Source: Sarea resinae (taxonomy: Eukaryota). From it: 64,000 bases of DNA. Below are positions 52,300 through 64,000 of the stretch, piece by piece (within the stretch, counting starts at the first letter, position 1; every line of letters begins with the position of its first letter). The stretch is from assembly GCA_026026165.1 (NCBI GenBank), contig JAPEUD010000063.1:62001-126000 (forward strand), in the 5' to 3' direction. The position numbers and the translations under genes were made by a program. The notes beneath the pieces were generated by a model that was given only the letters and a program-made list of their open reading frames with translations, searched no databases and was not told where the DNA came from.

Positions 52300-53512
52300 T
52301 GTGTTAACCGTGTTAGAATCTGAAATATACCTGGACAGACGAATGCTTTTTAAGGGAGCGCTTCATTCAGGTTCAGATAGTTTGATAGGCTATAAGCCTT
52401 ATTGCGCGTGGAATAGCTCAGCCTCCAGATGCCCTCCGCGACAGCAGGCGCCTGGGTCGAAAGCATTGGAGACGGAGCTGATCCCATCAAGGCGAGCGGT
52501 AAGACATCAAACCAGGGCCTCAAGGACTGGCAATACAATCATTGGCGCACCTACTCCAAGTACCTCGTCGCAGACGTCGAGACAAATTAGCTGCCTCCTT
52601 CAAACGTTCGACTTTCAGATTGGCATGTCGCCCTAGTGGTTCTCACCGGTGTCCCACCTACTGAGCGCGCGAGGCGCTGGCCGGCCGACTTTGGGAAAGG
52701 CGGAGAAGTGAAGATGATTCGCATCCCAGCAGACCCACCGGCAAAGCTTCAAAAACCGGATGGCAATTGGTACTATCTAAGCTACCAGAATGTTATAGTC
52801 CTATGCGGAAATGAAGGCGTCTCAGCCGGAATGTCCACAAAGGGAAACTCCAAGTACAGCGATGCCAGCAGACCAAAGGCCATCGAAGTATACTTTCATA
52901 CACATATTGCACATCGCATCAAATGGTATCGACGGCTACGAGAACAAAACCGATCAGTTCCTCCTCTCCAGCTGCGCACCTACACAGAAGATGTGTACCT
53001 AACTGGAGGAAGGACATATTGTTCGCTCACCTACTGAGAGGCGTGTCATAATTCAACTTGTACTTCGTACGAAGTACCTGAACAGACGAATGCCGCTTAA
53101 GGGAGCGCTTTCTTTGGGTGTAGATACGTGAGGTAGGTACCTTAGTTCGACAACACTACCGCGCCAAATAGACTCGGACAATCTTGATTCCTGATCGTTG
53201 CCATCACCGCAAACATTGAACAATTCGTCGTGCCATTTTCCACCATGACGCTCGATGTAGTTTTCGACCCGCGAAACATGGACCACAAAAAGGAAGAGAG
53301 ACGAACGAAGTACATCGAAGCTCTAAAAGTTTCGAAGAAGACGCCCGAAGGGGCAGTAAAAGCCCTTTACTCACAATATAACGCTCGACATTGCTTTCAA
53401 ACCAGCCAACATATTCCACGCTTCTGAAGCCAAACGGACGAAATACACGGAAGCAGTGAAGGTTTCAAAGAAGACGCCCGAAGGGCGTCCGAAGGGGCAA
53501 GAAAAGCCGTGA
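52300..53512 (+). pseudogene. Decayed coding sequence of unknown function with internal duplications
   Basis: Frame 52429-53037 is open except for one TAG at 52588. Contains a 36-bp direct repeat and a tandem repeat of about 40 aa split across frames. Flanked upstream by TpA-rich DNA. Confidence 0.45.
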
Positions 53513-54391
53513 TTGTGTACGTGACGGCAACCACTATTCACCGCAGACTACTATTGTATTGATATCGGATAGGAACGGGCCACATACTAGTACAAGCGAT
53601 GGAAGACAGCATATAACCGTTGACTACATGGATGTGAATGAAGAGAAAACAAAAGAAGGACACGACCCGTGTAGCCAGTAGGAACCCAATCACATGCCCG
53701 AAGCCGCGTCAACGGCAATACTATCGTTTTCACACGTATGGAATCCGTCGGCATTGTCAAAGTTGAGCGTGCCTCTTCTGAACGATACTCACCAGTTTAG
53801 ACCCCGCATTGCTCTATCCCAGAGTATTCTATCCTCATCGATCCCACACTGTCCACACTGTCCACTCGCTTGCTTGGAAACTTGCCATTCTTGTCTTGCC
53901 ATGCATTGCAAGGTGCCATCGACATCGCCGTCACCATCGTCACCATCATCACCAGCATCACCAGCATCACCAGCATCGCCGAAATCTGCAGCGCTACCAG
54001 ACTAAGCCACTTACATAGAGGCTCGCAATCACATTGTTAGATTACTAGCAAAGCAGGCCTAGCAAGGGTGTTTGGCCAGGAGATGCAAAGAATATCCACC
54101 TCTTGACTATACAAACATACACGCCTATTACCAAGGAGGATGCGACAATCAGATACGAGAGGCCATACATTACGCGTTAACTCCACGGATGGATCTCCAA
54201 TTGCTGGTAAACGATCAAAATAGGCAAAGTGAGGTACTAAGTGCTGCGTTTACAGGCCCGAGACCGAGGGGCATTGAAAGATCGAGTTTCAGACGTCGCG
54301 TGAAGGGCCAAGATCATCTCAGCCCGACCAATACCCGGTTTCCTGTTCAAAGATCTATTACATTGATGTCTCAAGCCGTTGAAGCTTGCGG

Positions 54392-55951
54392 CTATTGCGT
54401 CTTTTCAACAAGTTTGATTCCCTCGCCTTCGAGGGCTTCTCTGATGGGTTCGCAAACCTCCTTCTTATACGGTGCGATAATGCCTGGCACATTGAAAGCA
54501 GGATTGCCATCCAGTAACAGCTGAGTTGCAATGCCGCAGGTCACACCAACTGATTTGGCCATGGCGGAATATCCTTTTGGATCGCCCAATAGTTCAAGCG
54601 TGGACGTGAGCGTGTCCTATGCTACTGTCAACGCCGAGTCTTGGGTTACGGCTTGTGCATGTCCTTACCGTCTTGCCGTCCCTCCATTCGACCACAAATT
54701 TATGCTGCAACATGACGAGATCTCGTTCTCCCGGCTGGTAACTTACGAGCTCGTCTAAATGATGAGACAGTGTGTCTAAGAGATTTCCCCCTCGTACGAC
54801 AGCCTGCTCATTAGAAAAGAGGCCAAACCATCGCATGCCGGAGATGATTCGATCACTTTCGCTGTCACTGGAGAACTTGCAAATCTCCTTGACTCGAGCG
54901 ACAAGGCAGCTGAGAGACTATGGTCAGAGGTATCTGGGAATGGAGTCTCGAAACAAACCTTTCCGTTGCATTTTCCGTACCAATCACCTTCTGTTGTATC
55001 TGAGCCCAGGTCAAATCCTCTTTCAACCAGTCCTTCTCCCCCGCGTCAAGCCAACCGAGATCGAATAGAGCCTTGATAAAAGCTGGTGTCCCTTTGTAGC
55101 GCAACGATCCTCTGACCACGGTAGTCGCCTCTGGAATACTATACCACTCTTGGAAGGGGACCGAGTTACGGTTCGGATAGGCTACGAAATCATAGCCATC
55201 GGTAACGAAGTATGGCTCAGAGAGGCTCAAGAGATTGTCGCCGGGAATATCCACCCGCTTGCCCTCAGAGATATAACTCGCCGAATTGAGCATTGAGAGA
55301 ATGGCGCCACGAGGAGACCACGAGAATTTAAAACGTAGGGGGTTGTCTGCACATTCCGGCGCCGGAAGACCGCCGCAGTACGAGTGGAACTCCTTGACCT
55401 GCACAGTCATGAACATCTGCTCTTGAGGGCCAAAGGTTGCAAACCTACATACCTTTCCACCTTTTTCATGGACTTCACCAATTGTCTTGATAGCATACAG
55501 ATGATCGATACCCGGATCCATACCAACTTCGTTCAGAACGACGATTCCGGCTTCTTTCGCTGCGGCTTCTAGGTCGCGAATGGCGTGCGAAACATAGCTT
55601 GTGGTTACGACATTTGTCTTCGCCTTGATTGCCGACTTGACGACAGTCGCATGATAGATGTAAGGTATGAGCGAAATGACGAGGTCATGGGCAGCGACCT
55701 GGGGGTCAAGATTCTTGGATAACGAGACATCGAGAGAGATTGCCCGTGTGCCAGGCAGACCAGATATAAGTGCCTCAGCGGTAGAGAGCGTCCGACAGGC
55801 TTATTCAATTCGCCATAAGTCTTCCGCCAGGAGGATACTGCATGAATAACTAACCAACTGTGATTTCATTTTTCTCATTCCGGGTCAGATACTCAACGCA
55901 TGGGCGAGCGACCATCCCACTGCCAAGGACGAGGATCTTCTTTCCAGACAT
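54392..55951 (-). CDS. Saccharopine dehydrogenase (NADP+, L-glutamate-forming; LYS9-like)
   Basis: KILVLGSGMVA, ACRT, SLIPY, TTSY, NEVGMDPGIDH, SYCGGLP, FSWSPRG, YPNRNS, RGSLRY, ERDLVMLQH, SAMAKSVG. Four introns. Confidence 0.92.
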
Positions 55952-57004
55952 GGCGCTTGTTCAAAGATTGACAAGTACATACACAATTAGAGCTCATGAA
56001 AGTGAAAGTAAAGTAGCAATCGTGATGGCTTTAAGGGGAGCTCCCCGTTCATGTTCCCGTTGCTTTCTGGTACGAACATATCTCTCTCGAGATGAGTCAC
56101 ACTACGGAGTATGTAGGCCTGCACTGAAGGATAAACTGTATATGTGGTGGGCGAGCCACATAGTTTCCTTGGTGCGCAACCTTGCAAGGCGAAAGCTCTT
56201 ATTACTCGCCCATCTTTCCGACGTGCAGATATCTCCAATGCCGTGATCAATCTGTAGAAAGACTGTGACAAGTCCTCCTGAGTACAGGCATTGGAATCCT
56301 CCCAAGGTTGGCGGACTGTGATGTAACAATGCGGTATGAGTAATACTGCGACAAGGATCAAACATACACCCCGGAACGTCCTAATGGACATTGACCTCCC
56401 CCCAGCACCACCTGACCACCATTGGAATCTTTACTCCTCAGAGATGATTACCTATTTATTCATTTCATAGCATAGCATACAAGAAAATCAGGGGAGGCAA
56501 CTTCTTTAGACTTTCTGAAAACTGCGCAAAAATCTCACGCAAGTCTAGCGACATCGCCAATATTCGTTAGTATCAATGCTGGTGAGGATGTAAACATCAA
56601 CAGGATCATCCACTATCCAGTATATTGTCCACGGTTCTTGCCTTCTGGACCCTGATAAGACGTGACTTATATTTCCGTTTATTTGCATCCAAGAGCTCGT
56701 TTAGGAATGTATTCTCTAGGCTGTCTTCTGTTGCTTTCCTTCCCTATTCTCTTCAGTGTTGTATCAATTGCTCCGGGAGATCATAACATCAGAGACAGAT
56801 AACCCTCACGGCTTTCAAGCTAGTCTACTTAGTACTGGCTGTCAGCATCATGTCCTTTGTGATTTCAATGTTCATATGTTGCTTTTGTTTCTCGGCATCG
56901 GCATGGAGCTTCAATCAATAAGGAACGATGAATCTGCACGAGCACTAACAAATAAAACCAGATTGAGCCACTTTCTACGCAAAAATATATCCACCAGTCC
57001 GGAA

Positions 57005-57788
57005 ATGCACGCATACACCGTACTTTACCTGATCAGCGGCTTTGCGATCCTCGAAGCTTTCTCATACCCCTCAGCCAACACGCAAGTCCGGCTCAGCCAC
57101 GCCAAAATCAACGTCCCTGATAGCCCCGCAAGCAACAGCATCAACGACAACATCACCACTCTGATAACCGTGGGTTCTTCCGATACTTCACAAACCCTAG
57201 ATAAGTCCAGGACAGACTGATAATCCTATCCTTTAGTTCGACGACATCCGCACGCGGGACGGCATCGCTGACGTCCCCTCTCCCTATCACGCCCTCAACT
57301 TCTCCTCGGCCTACTGGATCGTCGCGCCTACCGACCCGGCCCTGGACGGCTACATCTCAGACCACGACCTCAACGCTGCCGTGTCCCCGCCCAACGCACT
57401 CATCGGCTCGCGCTTCCACCCCGACGACCCTTCCGAAGATACCCCGGCCTCATTCTTCCTCGGCGCCAGCACCGCCGCGCGCGAGGGCCTCGAGCCTTAT
57501 TTCGACCTCGACAGCTTCTATGTCAAGCCGCTCGATGCACCCGCGCCCGGCGTCTGGCTCTTTGTGCGTGGCTATCCATACGATGATGACCGAGAGCCGT
57601 TGACGTGGTCCGTCGAGTTCGTCGTCGGCTACCACGAGCCCTTTCTCGTGAAAATCGAGGAGTATTCCCGGGCCGAGTGGCGCGCGCTGGGCAAGGTGGA
57701 AATGTGGGCTCAGTTTGGCGTGCAGAGGCTGGACTGGGAATTCTGCGTTGATGATCTCAGGGTCCGGTTTCATGAGGCTTGGAAGTAG
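57005..57788 (+). CDS. Putative secreted hypothetical protein
   Basis: Hydrophobic N-terminus MHAYTVLYLISGFAILEA. Intron about 57170-57236, then an open high-GC3 exon FDDIR...PSPYHALNFS...SPPNAL...FDLDSF...FCVDDL. Confidence 0.7.
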
Positions 57789-58135
57789 GGAGGCGGGGTA
57801 TGTCTCGACCATCTAGAGCATGGGGAGGACTTGTAAGGTCTAGTAAATAGGCAAACCCGTTCTTACGTGTGCCAACAAGACTACCATAATCCGACGTGTC
57901 CAGGTCATGCCTAATTTCCTACTAGATAGCTGCACTCGTCACAGGACTCGAAGACAGGGACAGCGTGACGATGGTGAGTCGCTGTTGATCGAAAGCCTGG
58001 CATTCATAGCTTATGCCAGTATGTATGTCCAAGTTTTGACTTTGATTTTCACATGCCATAGCCTGGAGTGGAGTCCATTACAATCCTTAGACAAGTACAG
58101 TTGCTATGCTACATTTTAGAAGAAAACTCCAGCAA

Positions 58136-59044
58136 TCAAGATCTCAATCCGAGAAGCAGACTCGTCCCTTTTCCTCCCTTCTCTCCATCGCCACTGCCAC
58201 CGCCGGGTAGATAGGTGACGTTCGGATTTCCGGCAAGCGTCTGCGCAATCTCCTTGCTCGCATCGATCTTTCGGATCTGGATCAAGCCATCACCGGCCCT
58301 CGCAACGGCCTTGGAGATGGTCTCCGCACTCTCGGCTTCTCCCTCTGCACGGATGACATTCGCCTGTCTCTCCTGCTCAGCCTTCTCGACGATGAACCGG
58401 GCCCGCTCGGCATCCTGTTGTGCGATCTGCTTCTGCTCGACGGCGCGGGTGAACTCCTTGCCGAATGTCATGTGTGTGATTGACACATCTTCTAGAGCGA
58501 TGTTGAATTCCTGTGCGCGCTTGAGCAAGTCCGTTCGGATGCGGTTGGAGACGGCCTCCCGCTGGGTGATGAGCTCGGCGGCGTCGAATTGAGCGACGAT
58601 GGCTTTGAGGACTTCGTTTCCGATGGAGGGAAGCACACGCTCGTCGTAGTCCAGACCGAGAGACTATTTCGCCGTTAATATATCATTCCCGGACTCAACA
58701 TTCGAACTCTAGAGGATGCTTACTTGGTAGATCTTTGGCAGCGCCTTCACCTCCGGTCTGTGGAGCACTCTCAGAGTCAAACTGACCATCTGCAAATCCT
58801 TGCTTCCGGTTGTGGTTGAGATGTTCCTCGGCTTGGTTCGGACATCATAGATGACACTCTTCTGTAGCCACGGGATGAGGAAATGTGTGCCCTCGTTGAT
58901 GACCTGGTCCTTGACTCCCGATACTCTGTCGAAGATGACGGCTCGACTTCCACCCTTGACATCATATATGGAGGCCTGCGCGAAGGAAAGGCCGATGGCA
59001 GCGGGGACGGCAAGCTTGTAGATGGCGTTCAGGGCGTTCGCCAT
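58136..59044 (-). CDS. PHB1: Prohibitin 1
   Basis: [71 protein letters not shown]. One intron at about 58723-58665. Confidence 0.96.
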
Positions 59045-59375
59045 CTTGAACAACGGGATCACTGATGCGGGAGAAGGATGAGGAGTTGAGAAAGCGAAGT
59101 AGGCACTGCAGTAGAGATGCGAGAGAGACGAGCGAGGTGATGATGGAGTCGATTTCGATGGTCCATGTATTTTCCTCGTGCCGACAGACGCTCTAGCCCC
59201 AAAGCGGTTAGACCAAAAATAGGCTTGGCGTTGAAGCTTTGGACGGAGGATTCGGCTGGCTCCCCATCATCTTCAACCTCAAAGACATCAACCCTCAGTT
59301 CTCCGCTCCGAGCTCATCCTCCGTCCCATTCAATTTACCTTCTACGTTTCGGCCTACTTTCGAAAATCTGCCAAA

Positions 59376-60074
59376 ATGGGTGGCGGCGGCGAAAAGATTC
59401 CTGGAGTGTGAGTTGACCCTCTCCTTTGGCCCGGGCGAAGACATCTCCGAGCGGCATCTGCGGCATCGGCCTAGGATCTGGCACGTCTTTCGGGATGGTC
59501 ATTATGCCAATGCGCCTGTTATCTGATCATACATGGAGTTTCCTTGCTGATAGTTGGCCGTTCTAGATACATGGGATGGTGGGGCAGTCTTGGTAGGCAA
59601 TCCATTGAACCCTTCAGCCGAACACTACCGCCACGAGACTCGAATCGACAGACAACATCGTCACCCTGCACGACTCGTGGTTGTGTCTGCGATATGCGTG
59701 TAGAAACATGGCTGGGCCACTGGACTGCTGGCAACGATTGGAAGTTCTCAAGCTCGACTAACTGCTATACTTCATCATAGGCTCCCAACCCCAAAAGGGC
59801 GTTGTCTCCTACGCCCTTGCTGCCAACCGTCAGCGTCCTCTCGCCGGTACATTGAATGCCGCTATCTTCAACAGCTTCAGGAGATTCCGAAACCAGGTCC
59901 TCTGGGTTGCCCCTCCATTCATCATCGCATATGTCACGATGGGCTGGGCGATCGAGAAGTGAGTTCTCCTGAGCTTTTCTTCAGACAGGATATCGTTCTA
60001 ATTGATCCGTAATCAGGAATGAATATCTCAACTCGAAGGCTGGCCGTTTGGCCGAAGGAGGAGCCGAGGAATAG
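59376..60074 (+). CDS. QCR8: Cytochrome bc1 complex subunit 8
   Basis: Four exons assembled manually: MGGGGEKIPGV|YMGWWGSLG|SQPQKGVVSYALAANRQRPLAGTLNAAIFNSFRRFRNQVLWVAPPFIIAYVTMGWAIEK|NEYLNSKAGR... Not represented in the ORF track. Confidence 0.93.
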
Positions 60075-60589
60075 GTCAATCGCAGCGAATTAAGCGCTAT
60101 TCCGTACTCGTCAAATACCATCTCTTTCTTCAACCTGTACATTCGAGGAGATAGCGTAGTGTATAGAATAGATTCCGATCTACCTCACCGTTCAGGTTAC
60201 ATTCGTCGGACCATCAACTCCCTTTGAAGTGAAAATAGCGCTCACGGCGGTGAAACCACATGGTAGACCTTGACATGCGGTAAGGAAGGACCTGCAGTAG
60301 CGATGTTTTAAGATGTAAGAATTATATAAGTCGTCAGATGGCCCCTTCTAATAAAGTCTCTTACAGCGTTCATCCTCTGTTTGTTCATTCCCCACTATTG
60401 CTCGCAGCCAAAAATATTCCTTTCTGTCGTGTACTACCTTACGCAGGACTACTCCGTACACTGACCGTGGCCGAAAGCGGTTAAGCGTGAATAGATTCTC
60501 AAAAGTTTCGCGAACGGAAAACCACACAGTGTTCCCGCGCCAGACCAAACCACGAACCACACCCCAGTCCTCAAGCAACACTCGACAAG

Positions 60590-61339
60590 ATGGCCAAAGA
60601 GAGGACCGAAAAGAAGGAGAAGAAAGAGAAGAAGGAGAAGAAGAGATCGGAGACAGATGGCGTGCACAAGAGCAAGAAAGACAAGAAGGATAAGAAGCTG
60701 TCGCCGCCCAACGGAGATGTCACTGGCGCCCTGCTGACCTCGCTCGATACGACTGAGACCAATGGCGACGTGGTGATGAAGGTGGATGAGGCAGTCGTTG
60801 CGCTTCCCAAGGGTGCATTGGTGCCGTTTGCAAATCCTCTTGCGGACGAGAAGGCAGCGAAGAAGGTTCTCAAGAGCGTCAAGAAGGGTATGTCTCGTGT
60901 CTTGCAGTCTCTCAATCGAGTCTGGAGAGCTCGAAGTCCTTTTTACTAATTGTCTGCAGCTGCCAAGAACAAGTCTCTCAAGCGCGGAGTCAAGGAAGTT
61001 GTCAAGTCTCTACGAAAGTCTGCCAGCACAGCCGCAACAGGCGGCGTTGCTCCAGGCGTCGTCATTCTCGCCGCCGACATCTCTCCCATGGACGTCATCT
61101 CCCACATCCCCGTCCTCTGCGAAGACCACAACGTACCCTACCTCTACGTCACCTCGAGAGCGGAGCTGGGCGCGGCGGGCAGTACGAAACGGCCGACCAG
61201 CGTGGTCATGGTCACGCCGGAGCGCGGAGGCAAGAAGAAGGCCGGCGCCGAGGCCGAGGAAGGCGAGGAGGAATTCAAAGAGGTCTACAAGGATCTGGTC
61301 AAGATTGTCGAAAAGGAATCGCGAAACGTGCGGGTTTAG
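60590..61339 (+). CDS. NHP2: H/ACA snoRNP subunit Nhp2 (L7Ae family)
   Basis: Lys/Glu-rich N-terminus, PFANPLA, LKRGVKEVVK, ILAADISPMDVISHIPVLCEDHNVPY, TKRPTS. One intron at about 60888-60959. Confidence 0.93.
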
Positions 61340-62145
61340 AGATTTTGTCTTATGGTTTCTGTTTCCATTCGGGATCTGCTTGGGTTCTGGCGCAGATGGG
61401 TTTTGTAGAATAGGATGTGAATCACGAATGAGACACCTGTCTGCCAATTTCGCTTTCGGATGGAGGGTATATGATGCTGCTGTTCTCATGGCGTGCGCCT
61501 GAATGGTGGGATATCAATCTCGCGTTGACTGGATTGTATGGTGAGGCCAGATCAATTTCGTGCCATAGCCCGTCGTACTCAGCTGTACTGCGGCACCGGG
61601 TAGACCCCGCGTCAGACTGAAATATATGCAAGCCGACGAAATAGTGAGACTGATCATGTGACCAAATATGTCTTCCCCTATCGAGTCAACGCCTAGCGAA
61701 AGGGTGCTTACATAACGGGTACGTCAAAAGAATGCCAAAGACAGAATTCGATTCGATCTGCCCCATCAATTCGATCAGTCCGATACCGTATTTCCCGGTC
61801 ATACGTCATGCTAGCGCACCTCACATTTAATCAAGCCCCACACTGGATGAGCACCTTGCGGTCGCTGGAAACCGTCATATTCCAAGACTGACACAGCCAA
61901 AGTCTCTAAGGCTACTTCGTAGTCCTCCGACTTGAATATAAATTCATTCCCGCTCCTCAGTCTAGCAACTTCTCACCCTTCAACTCATCCATCTATCACT
62001 GCAACCGATCACCAAAGTCAATCGACTGTCTACCTGTCTTCTGATCCTCTACCAACACCACTACCCCTCCAACAAATCGTAGGTTAATTGCTGTCACCCA
62101 CTACAGCGTTAGATTGAAACTGATCTTGTCAGGACACACATCACA

Positions 62146-62388
62146 ATGGCCGGAGCAGACCCCAAGACCATCGACGAGCGCAAGGCCAACTTGCCTCTGC
62201 CCGATCAGCCACCGGTCGAGTCCGACTGGAACTCCGCCGACGCATCAAAAGTCAATGTCGGATCCGGTGCCGTCGAGGGCGACATCTCGACCGGCAAGGG
62301 CAGCGACGCGCTGCGAGGCCCCGCCACGGCCGACAGCAGCGTCCGGGTTGACGGTGACGAGTTCAAGAAGAACACTGCACCGAACTAG
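62146..62388 (+). CDS. Small hydrophilic hypothetical protein (80 aa)
   Basis: Good start context (ACAATGG), high GC3, upstream TATAAA near 61937 and a probable 5'UTR intron (about 62079-62132). Confidence 0.7.
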   Translation: MAGADPKTIDERKANLPLPDQPPVESDWNSADASKVNVGSGAVEGDISTGKGSDALRGPATADSSVRVDGDEFKKNTAPN

Positions 62389-63448
62389 GAGAATTGGCCA
62401 CGAAGGAGCCACGTCTTGTGAGTGGCGGGCGTCACATTGGGAATGAATTAAAAGCACGATTTGCATGAACTGGACGATACTGGGTCTGCTCGGGATGAGC
62501 GTGACGGAGAGGACTGGGTCTGAAATCGCTAGCGCTTGCTCGTGTAGCTAGATCTCAACAATGAAGCCGATACCAACAAGATTGTCACAGCATGGAGCCG
62601 ATGTTCTCATTGTGATTTCGCCAGACAATGTGATACCGTGTACAATGTAGACTCTACCTTGCGGCAGTGGAAGCCAGGTCAGCTTCATCATTTGCCAACG
62701 AGCATGTGCCTTTGCTATCCCCCTTCCCCAGCCCTCGAGCCCCTGACAGCCTACGCAATTTGCCTGAATGCCCAACATTGGTAGATACGAGGGTCCTAGA
62801 CGAGACGGGGTGGTGTCCGTCGGGCCGACCTAATCTTGCCCGCTCGGTGTCATCTGCGGGCACAACAAGGGAAAACCGTAGGGACGACGAGATATGACTC
62901 GCAACTGGACAGCGAGCCCCGTGGAAAATGTCTGATACTTCAGTAGTAGAGTGATATTACGGAGTACATGCCAGCCCGGTGCCCTGATCATAATCGACTT
63001 GGGCTACCGAAGACAGACGACCGAAGTGGCCAGGGCTTGCTATCTGGCCGAGCGGAGTGCCTGGTGATGTCATGGTGATACAGCATTGCCATCACCACCA
63101 AGGAATGCCATCACTGCCACTGCAGTCCATTGGATCTCACCATCGCCATCGTCTTCGATCAACTAATGCCCTCTCGCGTCACCCCTCTCTCATCTTCCAT
63201 CATCCATCACTCACCCTGCCCCACACTATCCGGTACCTTGCTCGAGCCATACGCGCAGCCTGATCTCACAGCACTTGGCGCCGACTTGATTGACATATAA
63301 ACATCTCCGCCGCCATTGACATCCCTGGGTTTGTTCATCTGTCTCGTCGTGATCTGATTTGATTCAATACAACATCCAAGCTCACTTCACCTCGTCGAAA
63401 ATAAAACAATTACCTTTCTCTGCAAATAGCCTCACCTCGACCGTCACG

Positions 63449-64000
63449 ATGCCTTCTTCAGCAGGAACAAAGGTAAGCCAACCATTCAACCCATCCCTTC
63501 CCTTGAGAGATCTCTTCAACGCACTGCTCTCAACGCATGCGTAGGCGCTTGATCCAGCTGACAAAAATCACACACAGAACACCTCGGACCCATCCGCCCA
63601 AGACCCGATCCAAGAATCCACGGGCACCATAACGTCCGACTCGCTGGCCGCGGCCTCAGGCGCTTCCGGAGGTGCGTTCTCGCAGAACCGCAACTCGGGC
63701 CACCCGTCCTCGGTCACGGCCTCGAACACGACCACCAACACGACCGACACGTCGGGCGCCACGACGCTGGCCCCTGCCCCAGACGCCGAAACGCGGGACG
63801 CGCAATCCGAGTGGCAGGAAGCAAAGGCGCTGTCATCGGGGCCCCCCAAACCGTCAGAGGAATTCGCCAGCAATGCGGCCGCGCCGTCCACCTCAACCTC
63901 GACCTCCAACGTCGACGCCGCTCCCAGCTACGTCGGCGCCGACCTGCTCTCCCAGCCAGGCCAAGCCAAGCCCAAGGGCAAAAACATCACCGAAGGCGGC
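63449..64000 (+). CDS. Hydrophilic hypothetical protein, 3'-truncated
   Basis: MPSSAGTK, intron 63473-63577, then NTSDPSAQDPIQESTGTITSDSLAAAS...APSYV...KPKGKNITEGG, open to the window end. TATAAA near 63296. Confidence 0.7.

Noticed and set aside
53925..53980. His-rich (CACCAGCAT/CATCAC) repeat ORF
   Set aside because: Simple intergenic microsatellite with no gene structure.
60786..61502. 238-aa ORF overlapping NHP2
   Set aside because: Alternative frame of the NHP2 exons.
1..64000. tRNA, rRNA, CRISPR arrays, intact transposons
   Set aside because: None recognised by eye. The short repeats lack repeat-spacer structure and the sequence is eukaryotic.

Overview
Intron-containing filamentous ascomycete (Pezizomycotina) genomic DNA. 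Positions 1-15.1 kb are the right part of a secondary-metabolite cluster: a hybrid PKS-NRPS running off the left edge, an alpha/beta hydrolase, an EF1-gamma-type GST, a P450 and an MFS efflux pump. This gene set resembles the fusarin C / lucilactaene / NG-391 (and partly pseurotin) pyrrolidinone clusters. Positions 17-31.4 kb hold ordinary genes: NmrA-like reductase, homeobox TF, flavin amine oxidase, GT8, mitochondrial carrier and Zn-dehydrogenase. Positions 31.5-35.5 kb are decayed, partly TpA-rich DNA containing a fragmented DUF3435-like tyrosine recombinase, the type of gene that captains Starship elements. Positions 35.6-44.4 kb hold a dienelactone hydrolase, an SRPK-like kinase, an MFS permease and a PTH11-like protein. 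Positions 45.5-50.4 kb hold three tandem paralogues of an uncharacterised protein whose C-tails carry SUMO-acceptor-like and SUMO-interaction-like motifs, followed by more decayed DNA to 53.5 kb. The window ends with a saccharopine dehydrogenase, a secreted protein, PHB1, QCR8, NHP2 and two small hypothetical genes. All family assignments come from reading motifs by eye; no database searches were run. Exon boundaries are manual.
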